DNA of 64,000 bases from a virus (lineage: Duplodnaviria; Heunggongvirae; Uroviricota; Caudoviricetes): IMG/VR virus record IMGVR_UViG_3300021963_000024; one strand, 5' to 3'. Shown here piece after piece: positions 55,801 through 64,000 of the stretch. A program made the translations under genes and the position numbers. A model generated the notes under the pieces. It had not been told where the DNA came from and made no database searches. It saw only the letters and a program-made list of their open reading frames with translations. The first letter of the stretch is position 1. Each line of letters begins with the position of its first letter.

Positions 55801-58213
55801 CAAAATTATCCCAAACTAATGAACCTGTTAAATAATTTGAACCACTATAATATTCTATATTTAATTCATCGGTATTGATTAATGATGAACTTAAATATGT
55901 TGATATAAGATTGGCAGATGATGATGTCGATGCACTTAGTATTAAATTATCTAATGATTCAAATGCTGTTGATTTTCCACTAACAAAATCTACTTCTATA
56001 CTAAAATTAGGTCCTTTTATTGGTGGACATTTCACAACATCCTGTTCATTCAATACAACCGTTTCAATCAACGGATTACTCATTAATTTTGTAATCCAAA
56101 GAGTTGAATTTGTTCCAATGTTTGCAGGTAGTGGTGAATATAATTTTAAAAGAATTGAATCTACTTTATTTTTAACAACCAGATTACCTATTTCATCTTC
56201 TACTTTTTCCGATAATGTCCAATCATCTTCTTCCCAAGAAGAAACTATAATTTGTTCGTTATTTCCAAAATTAACCAAATGGGTTAAATATTTACTTTCT
56301 AATCCTAAATCGTTGAATTTAAGACTATCGGAAATAATATTAAAAATTGCCGTCTTTATTGTTGATTCATCTAAAACTAATTCAGGATAGAATACAGAAG
56401 TTGTAATTTCATATTCATTACCAATTAATTCTTTTTCACCACCTCTGTTTATCGGTAAAAATACAAAAGTCAAATCTATTTTTTTACCACCTAAAAACTT
56501 TTCAATTATAGTTTTTAAATTTACGGTAAAAGTTCCATTTGGTGGTTGAGATGATAATAACGGAATTTTATTTTTTTCGTTATTTAAAACAAATATATCT
56601 ACGGAAGTTGCCGCAAAGGTATTATACGAAACATCAAATTCAACATTTAAATCAGAAAATACAGGTACATCTATTGATTCTGCCAATGTTATTTGTGTTA
56701 TAGATGGAAAATCATTGATAGCGGTAAATCTAATAACTTCTTCTACCGTATTACCTATTCCAAATCTATTTACTGGTACAAAATATATCTTTTTATTTCC
56801 ATAAACTCCTGAAAAATCTTTTGCAAAAGATAGTTCTACAAAACGATTTATTGCCGGAACTCTGATTGGTGTATCTGTTATATAAACATCTACATATTCC
56901 ATATTTGTATATGAGAATGGAATTTGTATTGTTCTATCCGAATCGGAATCTTTTACTTGATATTCTTTTGTAAAATCACCTAAATTAATTATTGGTTTTA
57001 ATATTTGCTCCCTTTCTTGTTTTGAAAATAACGCAGCAACTACAATTCCACTTGCAAATTCTTTTCCTGTAACTTTGAAGAATTTATTTACTTCATTCCA
57101 TTTCGTATAATCGGTATTACCAGCAGCAACTGCTTTTGGCGCCCAATAAAATTTTAAATAAGAAAACCCTTCAGGTAGATTATTATTATTTAAAACTAAT
57201 CTAGCAGTTTCATATGATTCAAATATATTAAGATTTACTTCTCCATTTGTTAATAAAGATTCTTTTACACTTTTTGTATCTATATTTCCAACCGATAATT
57301 TTAAATCACCAAAATCTACAATATCATTTGCAGCAGAAACTATTTCATATTTTAATTTTATAAATTCGCCTAATTCTGATGTGTAATTTGATATAAATTC
57401 TACATTGTATTCAATAGTTTTATCTCCACCACCATCTCCAGTTCCACCACCGCCGTTTCCTCCACCACCATCTCCAGTTCCACCACCGCCGGTTGTTTTT
57501 GGTTTAAAAGAAAAGTTTAAATTTACAACACCATTTAGACTTGGTAGTGTGGATAAATTTCCTAAAGTATATTGATTAGATGTTTCATCTAAAATATATT
57601 CTTGTATTTTTATAACTTCTCTATATGATAAGTCATTTGCTGTTGGTGTTCCTCCTAATATATCATCCGGTGGTATGTTTGTGAAGTTTAATCTTCCAAT
57701 TTGTGGTATATTTGAATCAAATCCAAAGTTATTTGCAACCAATGTTCTTGGTGTATTTGATATATCATCAAATGGTATAATATTTTGATCTTGATTATTA
57801 AAATCTCTTATTCCAGGAAAAGCACGTTTAATACTTATCTCATAATAATTTTTAGATATTTTGTTTGCAATATTTGCTTTATATATCTTTGGGCCTGTGA
57901 ATGTAAATGATGGATTGTATGTTACAGTTTGCGATGAACCCAGACCAACTAATATATCGTTTTCCAAAAATTCAGTTGGTTCATCCGATGTAAGATTTAT
58001 TTTTAATGAACCCGAATTTTGGTCTACATATGAGGGTGGAACGAATGTTGGATTTGGTTCAACCGGTGGGATATATGTTCCACCACCGCCGCCGCCAAAT
58101 TGATTTAAATCACTCAAATTTTGACCGGCAAACGGGTTATAATCACCAATACCATCGTATGGTGTACCAATTTGGTTTCCTCCTAATTCGTTTGGGTCAT
58201 AATATCTTGCCAT
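52853..58213 (-). CDS. large baseplate/tail structural protein (1786 aa)
   Basis: IINNLPYLLKHKGTRRGI (wedge-type motif), LamG-like region (SGSVDEIRLW), Gly-rich linker. Confidence 0.7.
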   Translation of the reverse strand: MARYYDPNELGGNQIGTPYDGIGDYNPFAGQNLSDLNQFGGGGGGTYIPPVEPNPTFVPPSYVDQNSGSLKINLTSDEPTEFLENDILVGLGSSQTVTYNPSFTFTGPKIYKANIANKISKNYYEISIKRAFPGIRDFNNQDQNIIPFDDISNTPRTLVANNFGFDSNIPQIGRLNFTNIPPDDILGGTPTANDLSYREVIKIQEYILDETSNQYTLGNLSTLPSLNGVVNLNFSFKPKTTGGGGTGDGGGGNGGGGTGDGGGDKTIEYNVEFISNYTSELGEFIKLKYEIVSAANDIVDFGDLKLSVGNIDTKSVKESLLTNGEVNLNIFESYETARLVLNNNNLPEGFSYLKFYWAPKAVAAGNTDYTKWNEVNKFFKVTGKEFASGIVVAALFSKQEREQILKPIINLGDFTKEYQVKDSDSDRTIQIPFSYTNMEYVDVYITDTPIRVPAINRFVELSFAKDFSGVYGNKKIYFVPVNRFGIGNTVEEVIRFTAINDFPSITQITLAESIDVPVFSDLNVEFDVSYNTFAATSVDIFVLNNEKNKIPLLSSQPPNGTFTVNLKTIIEKFLGGKKIDLTFVFLPINRGGEKELIGNEYEITTSVFYPELVLDESTIKTAIFNIISDSLKFNDLGLESKYLTHLVNFGNNEQIIVSSWEEDDWTLSEKVEDEIGNLVVKNKVDSILLKLYSPLPANIGTNSTLWITKLMSNPLIETVVLNEQDVVKCPPIKGPNFSIEVDFVSGKSTAFESLDNLILSASTSSSANLISTYLSSSLINTDELNIEYYSGSNYLTGSLVWDNFVHFSSAKERVDNFVYKIQLIEAYETYIDNSYNVGNSTAELQERERQLLKKNQLINNFDGFEKFLYTSSSLYTNSGSNSITWPYENGVRLLSNTTQVATWYENTIELADNYDSENQNYLKNNIPEYILNNTENDNFLLFFSMIGHHFDNIYYFTKALEKNRGLGYKLKGGMPDKLLFDTLKSFGWDAKNLAVDENLWKYVYGQDSNGNVKESNPAKARTNEIWRRIINNLPYLLKHKGTRRGIYAIMACYGVPSSNLSILEFGGPEAPNRFSETEEVGTTKLLMDNTTYALSMISGSKLEVEWKTTNTGEKPKTIEMFLKPAYAQNTTIISGSAGWNVEISGSVGSEYGVVKYNSGSTNLITSDSIPIFNGRFFGLCISSGSSGIKMNLKQVEKDRNIFENAYSSSLSNNFGPQTNKVYFGWNYSGSVDEIRLWTTQLSASAFHKHVYFPEAVNGNHISSSTEDLYFRLDFEYPKNLALTSSLMNVDTNVYFSGSLTRNDYENRPILSASLYSENPSPLLYATASNFSSSTIYPYNFEVVERTIALEIPNIGSSRYSTNKVRFENQTDVFGNDASLGINLSSKSRTTKKAFDQSPVDSNRIGLFFSPTKEMNIDIAKSFGGVNLDNYIGDPSDEYRSNYKSLEKLRKYYFNRFDGRDIYQYVNLIKSYEKSLFEDIKKMLPARVRATTGLLIEPHILERSKIEQKKPTGAEYQNESLISYKDELVTSAENNQFETIIESNLSKDLFGENNQYDATIYTASLNNTSAENYQYDTPIYVNDELNTSGDYYQKEVIIETELDKGGILTEIDVYDINTIAGQSELETIGFGIYAQSGSAIRTYFDKDGRRVKERIRVNLVTEQKQRDIVKYKVVIGGKGDPRGGMELTSSLYTETKLNIQPFSGSVQPVATGNIISVKPVSGYLGTHYRNTSDLTRGLQNSFYKGSKNTAATTLDGTPPVETFTTNPNTLRVNKAGRDASEPILEIE
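57424..57491 (-). repeat. 32-bp exact direct repeat, period 36 bp (GGGGTGDGGGGN)
   Basis: ctccaccaccatctccagttccaccaccgccg at 57424-57455 and 57460-57491. Confidence 0.9.
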
Positions 58214-58233
58214 CTACTTTTTTTATAAATATT

Positions 58234-59613
58234 TTATCTTAAGTTTTCTCTTTGATTCATATCAAAATCAATAATATTTCTTCCGATTTTATCACCATAT
58301 TCTTCCACAGCTCCACCCCCGCCACTATATCCACCACCACCATATTCTTTTGGTTGTTCTATAATTTTTATAGGTTCTATATATTCTTTTGGTGCCGGCG
58401 GTAAATCCTCTTTTGGTATGATATCAAATTGAGGTGGTGGCATATCAATTATTTCTATTGGTTCAATTGGTTTAATCGGTGTTTTAATTGGGGGTTCTAT
58501 TATTTCTTTTGGTCCTAAGTCAATTGGTTCTTCCTTAACAGGAATTTCTTTAATTGGCATTTCGGGCGCATTCGGTATAATTGGTAATTTTGGTGGTGGA
58601 ATATCTATTATTTTTTCACTATCAAAAACTACCTGTATATTTTTAACAGGATTGTTGAATATATCTGCAGTATCTGTTACTTTTTTATTTATATCAACTT
58701 TTGCAAATTCTCTTTGAACAGTTTTTTTAACTTCAGTTCTTCTTTTAAGAAATGACATGTTGAAATTTACAGAATGCGATAATATACTTTCAATATCATT
58801 TAATATTAATTCAAATTCATACTTTTCACAATTTTCAAAACGAATTTCCGATGGTTTACCATAAGTAGAATCTCCCAATGTATAGTATCTATTTTCTAAA
58901 TAATATGTTACAGATGTTTTAAAATCTGAAAATATTTTTGTTCTCAAATCTGCAAATTTTGATAATCCAAAATCTTTTTTAAGTATTGCAAAAAAATCTT
59001 TACCAAATTTGGTTTCTAAAGCTGTATCTATCTTTTCGATATATTGTGTTTCATATAAATCCAAAGAATTTAATATTTCTTTTTTATAGAATACGAAATC
59101 CTTTGTTAATTTATTTATATCATTAAATTCTTTATAATTTTTTTCGTTTATATTCTCAAATTTTGTTTTTAGAGGTAAAATTCTAATTTCTTCTCTTGAA
59201 GGAGAAATTTCATGTATCCAAACTCTTTCCAATTCATTATCACTTCCGACTCTATTACGAACAAAATTTATGTTTAATTTAAGTATACCATTTGTAAATC
59301 CTAAATCATTTAATAATTTTTCTGCATTTATTACCAATTCTTTTTGACCTTGTTTATTTGTAACATTGTTCATATATTGTGCAATATTTTGCGATTTTAT
59401 ATATGCAACATTGTTTCCAGATGTTTGTGGTAAAAGATTGTTATTGATATCATAAACAGCAACTTCCATAACATCGTATTTACATTCGCTGAAATAACTT
59501 TCTTCTACTTCATTTTTTGTGACAATAAAAAAATCTTCAGCCTGTAAAAACTGTCCTTCGTTTGTGTTTTTTAAATTTACATCTTCAAAATTTGTATATT
59601 TCTTTATACTCAT
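58234..59613 (-). CDS. hypothetical structural protein with Pro/Ile/Glu-rich tail
   Basis: WIHEISPSREEIRI motif; C-terminal IIEPPIKTPIKPIEP repeats. Confidence 0.6.
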   Translation of the reverse strand: MSIKKYTNFEDVNLKNTNEGQFLQAEDFFIVTKNEVEESYFSECKYDVMEVAVYDINNNLLPQTSGNNVAYIKSQNIAQYMNNVTNKQGQKELVINAEKLLNDLGFTNGILKLNINFVRNRVGSDNELERVWIHEISPSREEIRILPLKTKFENINEKNYKEFNDINKLTKDFVFYKKEILNSLDLYETQYIEKIDTALETKFGKDFFAILKKDFGLSKFADLRTKIFSDFKTSVTYYLENRYYTLGDSTYGKPSEIRFENCEKYEFELILNDIESILSHSVNFNMSFLKRRTEVKKTVQREFAKVDINKKVTDTADIFNNPVKNIQVVFDSEKIIDIPPPKLPIIPNAPEMPIKEIPVKEEPIDLGPKEIIEPPIKTPIKPIEPIEIIDMPPPQFDIIPKEDLPPAPKEYIEPIKIIEQPKEYGGGGYSGGGGAVEEYGDKIGRNIIDFDMNQRENLR

Positions 59614-59619
59614 AATTTA

Positions 59620-60735
59620 TTAATATGATGATGGGTGCATTATACCAATTTGCATTTTATACTCTTTAGTTTGTTCACTTCCATCGGATGTTCTTTTTAC
59701 TTTAATTTTCATTGTTCCAGCTACATATTTACTCTTATCTCTCTTTCCGTATCTACAACCACCAGGAGTAATTGTTAATGCTAATTTATCGTTTTGTCCT
59801 GCGGCAATACTGAAATTGGTTTTTGGAACACTCATCCATTTTTGTCCTTCTCCGAATTCGGTTGTTATTTCTATTTGAACTTCTTTTGTATCATTATTAG
59901 TAATATCTATCGTATTACCACAAATCCACTTTGTTGCACTATCCTTATTATTTATTCTTGCATCAAAATCAGGATATTCGGCTTTTTCTTTTTTAGGTGT
60001 AACTTTAACGGCAACTACACTATTAACTACATCTGCACCACTTGCCAATGCAACATTTGCAGTTGATTGTTGAATTGCCTGTTGTTGTTGAACTGCACCC
60101 AATTGAGATTGTAAACCTTCAATGATAGAGTTTAATGAATCAATTTGTTTTATTAATGCATTAATTTGTGCTTTAAATCCTGTATTTTGTGATTGTAAAG
60201 CTGCTCTCAATATAGATTCATCAACTGATTTTTGTAAAGATGTTGCAATCTGATTTGAAAAATCATCTATTGTTTTATTAATCGTATCTAATTGATTTGC
60301 CAAAGCATCATTGGTTTGTTCAATATTTAATCTGTTATTTATTTCAGTTTGAACTTGTGATTTTAAATTAGTTATAGTTCCGTTTAATTCTTCCACATCA
60401 TTAGTAAGTTTTTCAACTTTTAATCTCAAATCTTCATTATCCAAAACAACGGCATCGTATAATGGTTTTGGAACTAAATCTTTTACTTGCTTTGGAATAT
60501 TTGGTTTTAATTCTTTTAATTCTACATCTATTGATTTTACAATTCTTTCTTCATCTAATTTTGGTTTGTTCAATTTTTTAAATATCAATGAAGATGCGGG
60601 ATTAGAATCATCTACAATATTAACATTGTATTCGGTTTTAGAAATGGCAGCCGATCCTGATACTTTTAGAATATCATCTAATCGTTTATCCTTTTCTTCT
60701 TGCAATTTTAATGCTATAGCTTCTAAATTTGTCAT
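59620..60735 (-). CDS. coiled-coil protein with C-terminal Ig-like beta domain
   Basis: Long heptad region (LRLKVEKLTNDVEELNGTITNL..QQQQAIQQ) followed by a beta-rich domain. Confidence 0.6.
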   Translation of the reverse strand: MTNLEAIALKLQEEKDKRLDDILKVSGSAAISKTEYNVNIVDDSNPASSLIFKKLNKPKLDEERIVKSIDVELKELKPNIPKQVKDLVPKPLYDAVVLDNEDLRLKVEKLTNDVEELNGTITNLKSQVQTEINNRLNIEQTNDALANQLDTINKTIDDFSNQIATSLQKSVDESILRAALQSQNTGFKAQINALIKQIDSLNSIIEGLQSQLGAVQQQQAIQQSTANVALASGADVVNSVVAVKVTPKKEKAEYPDFDARINNKDSATKWICGNTIDITNNDTKEVQIEITTEFGEGQKWMSVPKTNFSIAAGQNDKLALTITPGGCRYGKRDKSKYVAGTMKIKVKRTSDGSEQTKEYKMQIGIMHPSSY

Positions 60736-61832
60736 TATATAACATCAAATATTAATTTGTCATCAATTATTTTTGAAACACCATCTACTACAACTTTTAA
60801 TTTTAATCTATAACTTCTGTTTATAGGATATGATGCCGTATCTAAATAAAAGTAATTAGATTTAGAATCACAACTCAATTTTGAATATTCACCAAATGGA
60901 ACAATAATTTCACTTGTTTTATAATCTTCGATTTGATAATAAGATGAAGTAGGTAAATATTTTGATTGGTCATATTCAAATGTTGAACCAAATGTTTTGG
61001 CCGGATATAAATCTCTACCTTTAACTCTTACTTTTGTTTTTGTATTTTGGAAATATTCTTTTTGCAGATTTGTTACAACTACTTTTGAATTTTCTAATGC
61101 ATCGGTTGAAGTTGAACCAGTCACAGGAGACAAACTACCCGTTGAAAATATTTGGTCGTTCCATACTAATTCCAATTTTGGTTCGTATATTGTATTTGTT
61201 TCTTTTGAAAAGAATTTAAGAACACCATAATCCAAACTATTACCATATTCGTTAGTTAAACTATGATGTAAAATAAATCCATTATTTGGTAATGAACCAC
61301 TTATCCACAAATGAATAATATTTGTAACATCCATTCTAACATCATCGGGTTGATAGTTATATGATTGCGATGCTTCCGATGCGGTATACCAAGTTCCACC
61401 TTCTGCATTTGCTGAACCGGTTGCACCACTTCCTATATAATTCGCAGTTCCGGCTATTGTATTTTCTTGCCACTTTCTATCACCATCTCTATATTTCCAA
61501 CTAATACCATCGGTTGTTATATTATCAAATTTTGTTCCAGTTCCCATAGTCCAACTTTGCGAAACTGCGTTTGCATAAATCGTATATTCCAAAGGTATTT
61601 CAGAAGAATTAGCAGAACGAAGAACTAAGTATGTTTTCCAACTACCCGTTCCTATCGTTTCTATTTCTGTTTTTATGGAACCTGTATCAAACTTTATTAA
61701 TGCTCTGGCTATATCTTTAATAGAACCATAGTAAAGTTTACCAACCTCTAATATCTCATCTCTACCTGCGTTTTGGTCAGGTTGTTGTAGGTAGATACTG
61801 GCATCGTATGATGATGTGAAAAATTTATGCAT
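60735..61832 (-). CDS. structural protein with DNRLRE-like domain
   Basis: DASIY..QNAGRDEILEVG..ARALIKFD..NNGFIL..PKLEL. Confidence 0.6.
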   Translation of the reverse strand: MHKFFTSSYDASIYLQQPDQNAGRDEILEVGKLYYGSIKDIARALIKFDTGSIKTEIETIGTGSWKTYLVLRSANSSEIPLEYTIYANAVSQSWTMGTGTKFDNITTDGISWKYRDGDRKWQENTIAGTANYIGSGATGSANAEGGTWYTASEASQSYNYQPDDVRMDVTNIIHLWISGSLPNNGFILHHSLTNEYGNSLDYGVLKFFSKETNTIYEPKLELVWNDQIFSTGSLSPVTGSTSTDALENSKVVVTNLQKEYFQNTKTKVRVKGRDLYPAKTFGSTFEYDQSKYLPTSSYYQIEDYKTSEIIVPFGEYSKLSCDSKSNYFYLDTASYPINRSYRLKLKVVVDGVSKIIDDKLIFDVI

Positions 61833-61833
61833 A

Positions 61834-63864
61834 TTATAAAGCTCTTCCTTTTATATCTTTGTTAGGGAATTTTACTTCGAAAACACACGGGTCTAAAGAT
61901 GGATAAATTATTTTACCTTTAGTTGCCTCATCCATATTATACTTATTTGGAGAATATCCTGCTCCACCATCACCACATATGTTATAAATTTTTACAGATG
62001 GAACACTCATAACCCCTTCTACATTTGCAAGTAATAGTTCTACTTCAGAAATATTAATTGGCTTATTAAATGTCCAATTATCTATATTGAAATAATCCTG
62101 CAACTCAGCTAAACAATTAGCTAAAACTTCTCTTTTATTATAATTTGAATATGCGATTATTTCAAAATCAACTCCAATATTTACAACAAATCCATTTATT
62201 ATATTAACACCATCCGTTAATACTCTATATTCTCCTAAATAGGTTTTAAGATTTTCCTTAACGGCATCATTTAAATTTGTTAATTTCTTTTCAGAATCAT
62301 AACCCAAAACATACATATTGATTGCAAATGGATTATTTAATTCATTTACATTTGATTTTTTTTGAGATAAGTATTTTACCAATTCTTTTTGCGTATCTTC
62401 TTTAGACAATCCTTTAAGCGTTTCTACTAAATTTGAAAACTCTTGTAAATTTTTTGGATTAGCAAGAATTGATGCAGGTGAACCATTATCAATTTCACCA
62501 TCTGCAGATACATAAACTTTAGCAACGCTACCATATCTTTCTGGCATTGATAATGCTCTAACCATATAGTCTTGTTTGGTTACCGCTCTATTTTGAGAAC
62601 CAAACATAGCTATTGCATTTTGTCTAATTTCTTCAATGGATTCTGCACCCCTACCACCAACAGCTGGTTCTAAATTTTCAACTGCAATAGAATCTTTGTT
62701 TGATTCATATAATGCAGCTTCTGCTGTCGATAAACTCAAAATATCTTCTTCAAATTCTATTCTACTTATTGTTGTTAAATCTTCTGAATTAACATTGGAT
62801 TCAACTCCACCACCAACTAAATATTTTATAGTAAGTGTTTTTCCAAACGGTGATATTCCAAATGTATTTGTTTTCAAAAAGTTAGATGGGTCAATACCTT
62901 CATTTGTTCTTTTTATAGAATTTGCTAAACCTAAACCAACATTTTTTGTGTTTGGTAAAAGAATTTCATCCTCATAACCGGCTGAATTATTACCACTACC
63001 AAATTGTAAATCAATAGTGCTATCGGAATTAACTCTAACCGAAAATCTTCTTGGAACTTTTTGCACTTCTAAAACATAAGGAACAGTATCGGCATATTGA
63101 GATAATTCGGTATTTGCTCCTGTGTTTGGTTGTTCAACGAAGATACTTTCTTGTGCTAAATAAGGAACTTCATACCATTTGTTTCCTTGAGAATCCACAA
63201 TAGAACTTATTGATATAATATTTGTATCGTTTAATGTAATCGTTGGATATTCCGTATTATCGGTTATTTCAATTTGTATCTCACGTTCTTCTGCGGATAC
63301 TGCTTTTACTTTTTTTGTAATTAAGTATAAATTTGGTTCACCCGTTTGTTCATCTCTTCCAGCCACATCTATTTCTCTATCCGTTGGATTTGAAAAATCA
63401 ATATTATCAATTGTTCTAAATACAATGTTTGGATTTGATCTTGATTGAACCTGTAATCCATCTTTTATTTTAAAATAATAAGTAGAATTAGGTCCGTATC
63501 CAGGTGCTCCCATTGATGGAACGGTTTGATAAACGGTCAATGTTGTTACTGCAGGTGTAGTCAATTTTGGTTTATATCCCATTGATTGAGCCAATGCCAT
63601 AACATTCTTTCTCTCCGTTGCGTGTAATAATAAAGATTCTTTTAACTGAGTATCTTGATAAAAAGATAAAACATCTCCAACAAACGCAGCCATATCTAAG
63701 AATACGCCACCAGGTGATGCTTCACTAAAATCGGAAAATGTATTTGGAAAATATGTCTTAGAATAATCAACTAAATTTTGTCTAAATGAGGCAAAATCTT
63801 TTCCAACATAGTTTATATCTCTGTTATTATTTTTCCAATTTTTATCTATTGGTTTAAGTGCCAT
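61834..63864 (-). CDS. gp6: baseplate wedge protein (T4 gp6-like)
   Basis: KDFASFRQNL..FSDFSEAS..AFVGDVLSFYQD; GGRGAESIEEIRQNA..QNRAVTKQDY. Confidence 0.88.
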   Translation of the reverse strand: MALKPIDKNWKNNNRDINYVGKDFASFRQNLVDYSKTYFPNTFSDFSEASPGGVFLDMAAFVGDVLSFYQDTQLKESLLLHATERKNVMALAQSMGYKPKLTTPAVTTLTVYQTVPSMGAPGYGPNSTYYFKIKDGLQVQSRSNPNIVFRTIDNIDFSNPTDREIDVAGRDEQTGEPNLYLITKKVKAVSAEEREIQIEITDNTEYPTITLNDTNIISISSIVDSQGNKWYEVPYLAQESIFVEQPNTGANTELSQYADTVPYVLEVQKVPRRFSVRVNSDSTIDLQFGSGNNSAGYEDEILLPNTKNVGLGLANSIKRTNEGIDPSNFLKTNTFGISPFGKTLTIKYLVGGGVESNVNSEDLTTISRIEFEEDILSLSTAEAALYESNKDSIAVENLEPAVGGRGAESIEEIRQNAIAMFGSQNRAVTKQDYMVRALSMPERYGSVAKVYVSADGEIDNGSPASILANPKNLQEFSNLVETLKGLSKEDTQKELVKYLSQKKSNVNELNNPFAINMYVLGYDSEKKLTNLNDAVKENLKTYLGEYRVLTDGVNIINGFVVNIGVDFEIIAYSNYNKREVLANCLAELQDYFNIDNWTFNKPINISEVELLLANVEGVMSVPSVKIYNICGDGGAGYSPNKYNMDEATKGKIIYPSLDPCVFEVKFPNKDIKGRAL

Positions 63865-63867
63865 TTA

Positions 63868-64000
63868 TTATTGTTTTATACTTACATTTATTGTTTCAGA
63901 TAAATTTTCATTAGATTTCAATGAAAATTTAATTTCTAAATTAATTTGATGTTTATCAATATCTTCATCATCATAATCAAATATGATTTCATCAATATTA
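63868..64000 (-). CDS. gp25: baseplate gp25-like protein, C-terminal fragment
   Basis: NIDEIIFDYDDEDIDKHQINLEIKFSLKSNENLSETINVSIKQ, directly upstream of the gp6-like gene. Confidence 0.6.
   Translation of the reverse strand, partial: NIDEIIFDYDDEDIDKHQINLEIKFSLKSNENLSETINVSIKQ

Noticed and set aside
2502-58231. Reading TATAAATA on the + strand as canonical T4 late promoters
   Set aside because: No + strand genes lie downstream, and the motif orientation follows the minus-strand genes and flips at the single + gene.
823-62977. The many + strand ORFs in the track (e.g. 823..1098, 1645..1959, 13566..14063, 14844..15632, 46092..46634, 55875..56390)
   Set aside because: They are antisense shadows of long minus-strand genes, with S/F/L-rich composition mirroring E/K/D codons and no motifs. 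Only 43990..44175 occupies its own space.
1-64000. Stop-codon reassignment as in some Bacteroidota phages
   Set aside because: Genes are full length and densely packed under the standard code, and no split conserved genes were seen.
1-64000. CRISPR arrays, tRNAs, integrase/transposase, reverse transcriptase/DGR
   Set aside because: No repeat-spacer periodicity, cloverleaf or corresponding protein motifs were seen by eye. The intergenic gaps are too short, apart from the 2343-2531 leader.

Overview
64 kb of an AT-rich, T4-like (gp17/20/21/23, gp6/gp25) large myovirus genome, almost entirely encoded on the minus strand. The host is probably Bacteroidota, inferred from a Bacteroidia-like bS21, TTTG-N20-TAnnTTTG promoters and mostly SD-less A-rich leaders. 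Left to right on the + axis: (1) a head module (1-16.6 kb) with major capsid, acidic scaffold, a 59-aa ribosomal protein S21 missed by the ORF track, prohead protease, portal, terminase, small head-associated ORFs and a 1294-aa multi-enzyme fusion; (2) a 22-kb cluster of 23 tightly packed glycan synthesis/modification-type genes (16.8-38.8 kb): split TPP enzyme, NDP-sugar epimerases/reductases, three GT7-LamG fusions, GT2/GT-B/GT10-like proteins, SGNH-like proteins, radical SAMs and a methyltransferase, whose first gene overlaps the stop of (3) a 1693-aa Ser/Gly-rich tail fibre; (4) a lone + strand RHH-like regulator, a 2OG-Fe(II) oxygenase, a fused Mre11-Rad50, primase and T7-endonuclease-I-like resolvase; (5) baseplate/tail genes (49.5-64 kb). 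The best candidate for an undescribed system is a phage-encoded virion glycosylation pathway: the cluster is coupled to the fibre gene, and tail/baseplate proteins are strongly enriched in a (S/T)-G-S motif that could be the acceptor sequon. Other leads are a bS21-swap/Shine-Dalgarno switch, protease-cleavable polyprotein-like head proteins, an ATATTTATA late-promoter motif and a shared 22-bp operator. All product calls come from motif recognition by eye; no database search was run.
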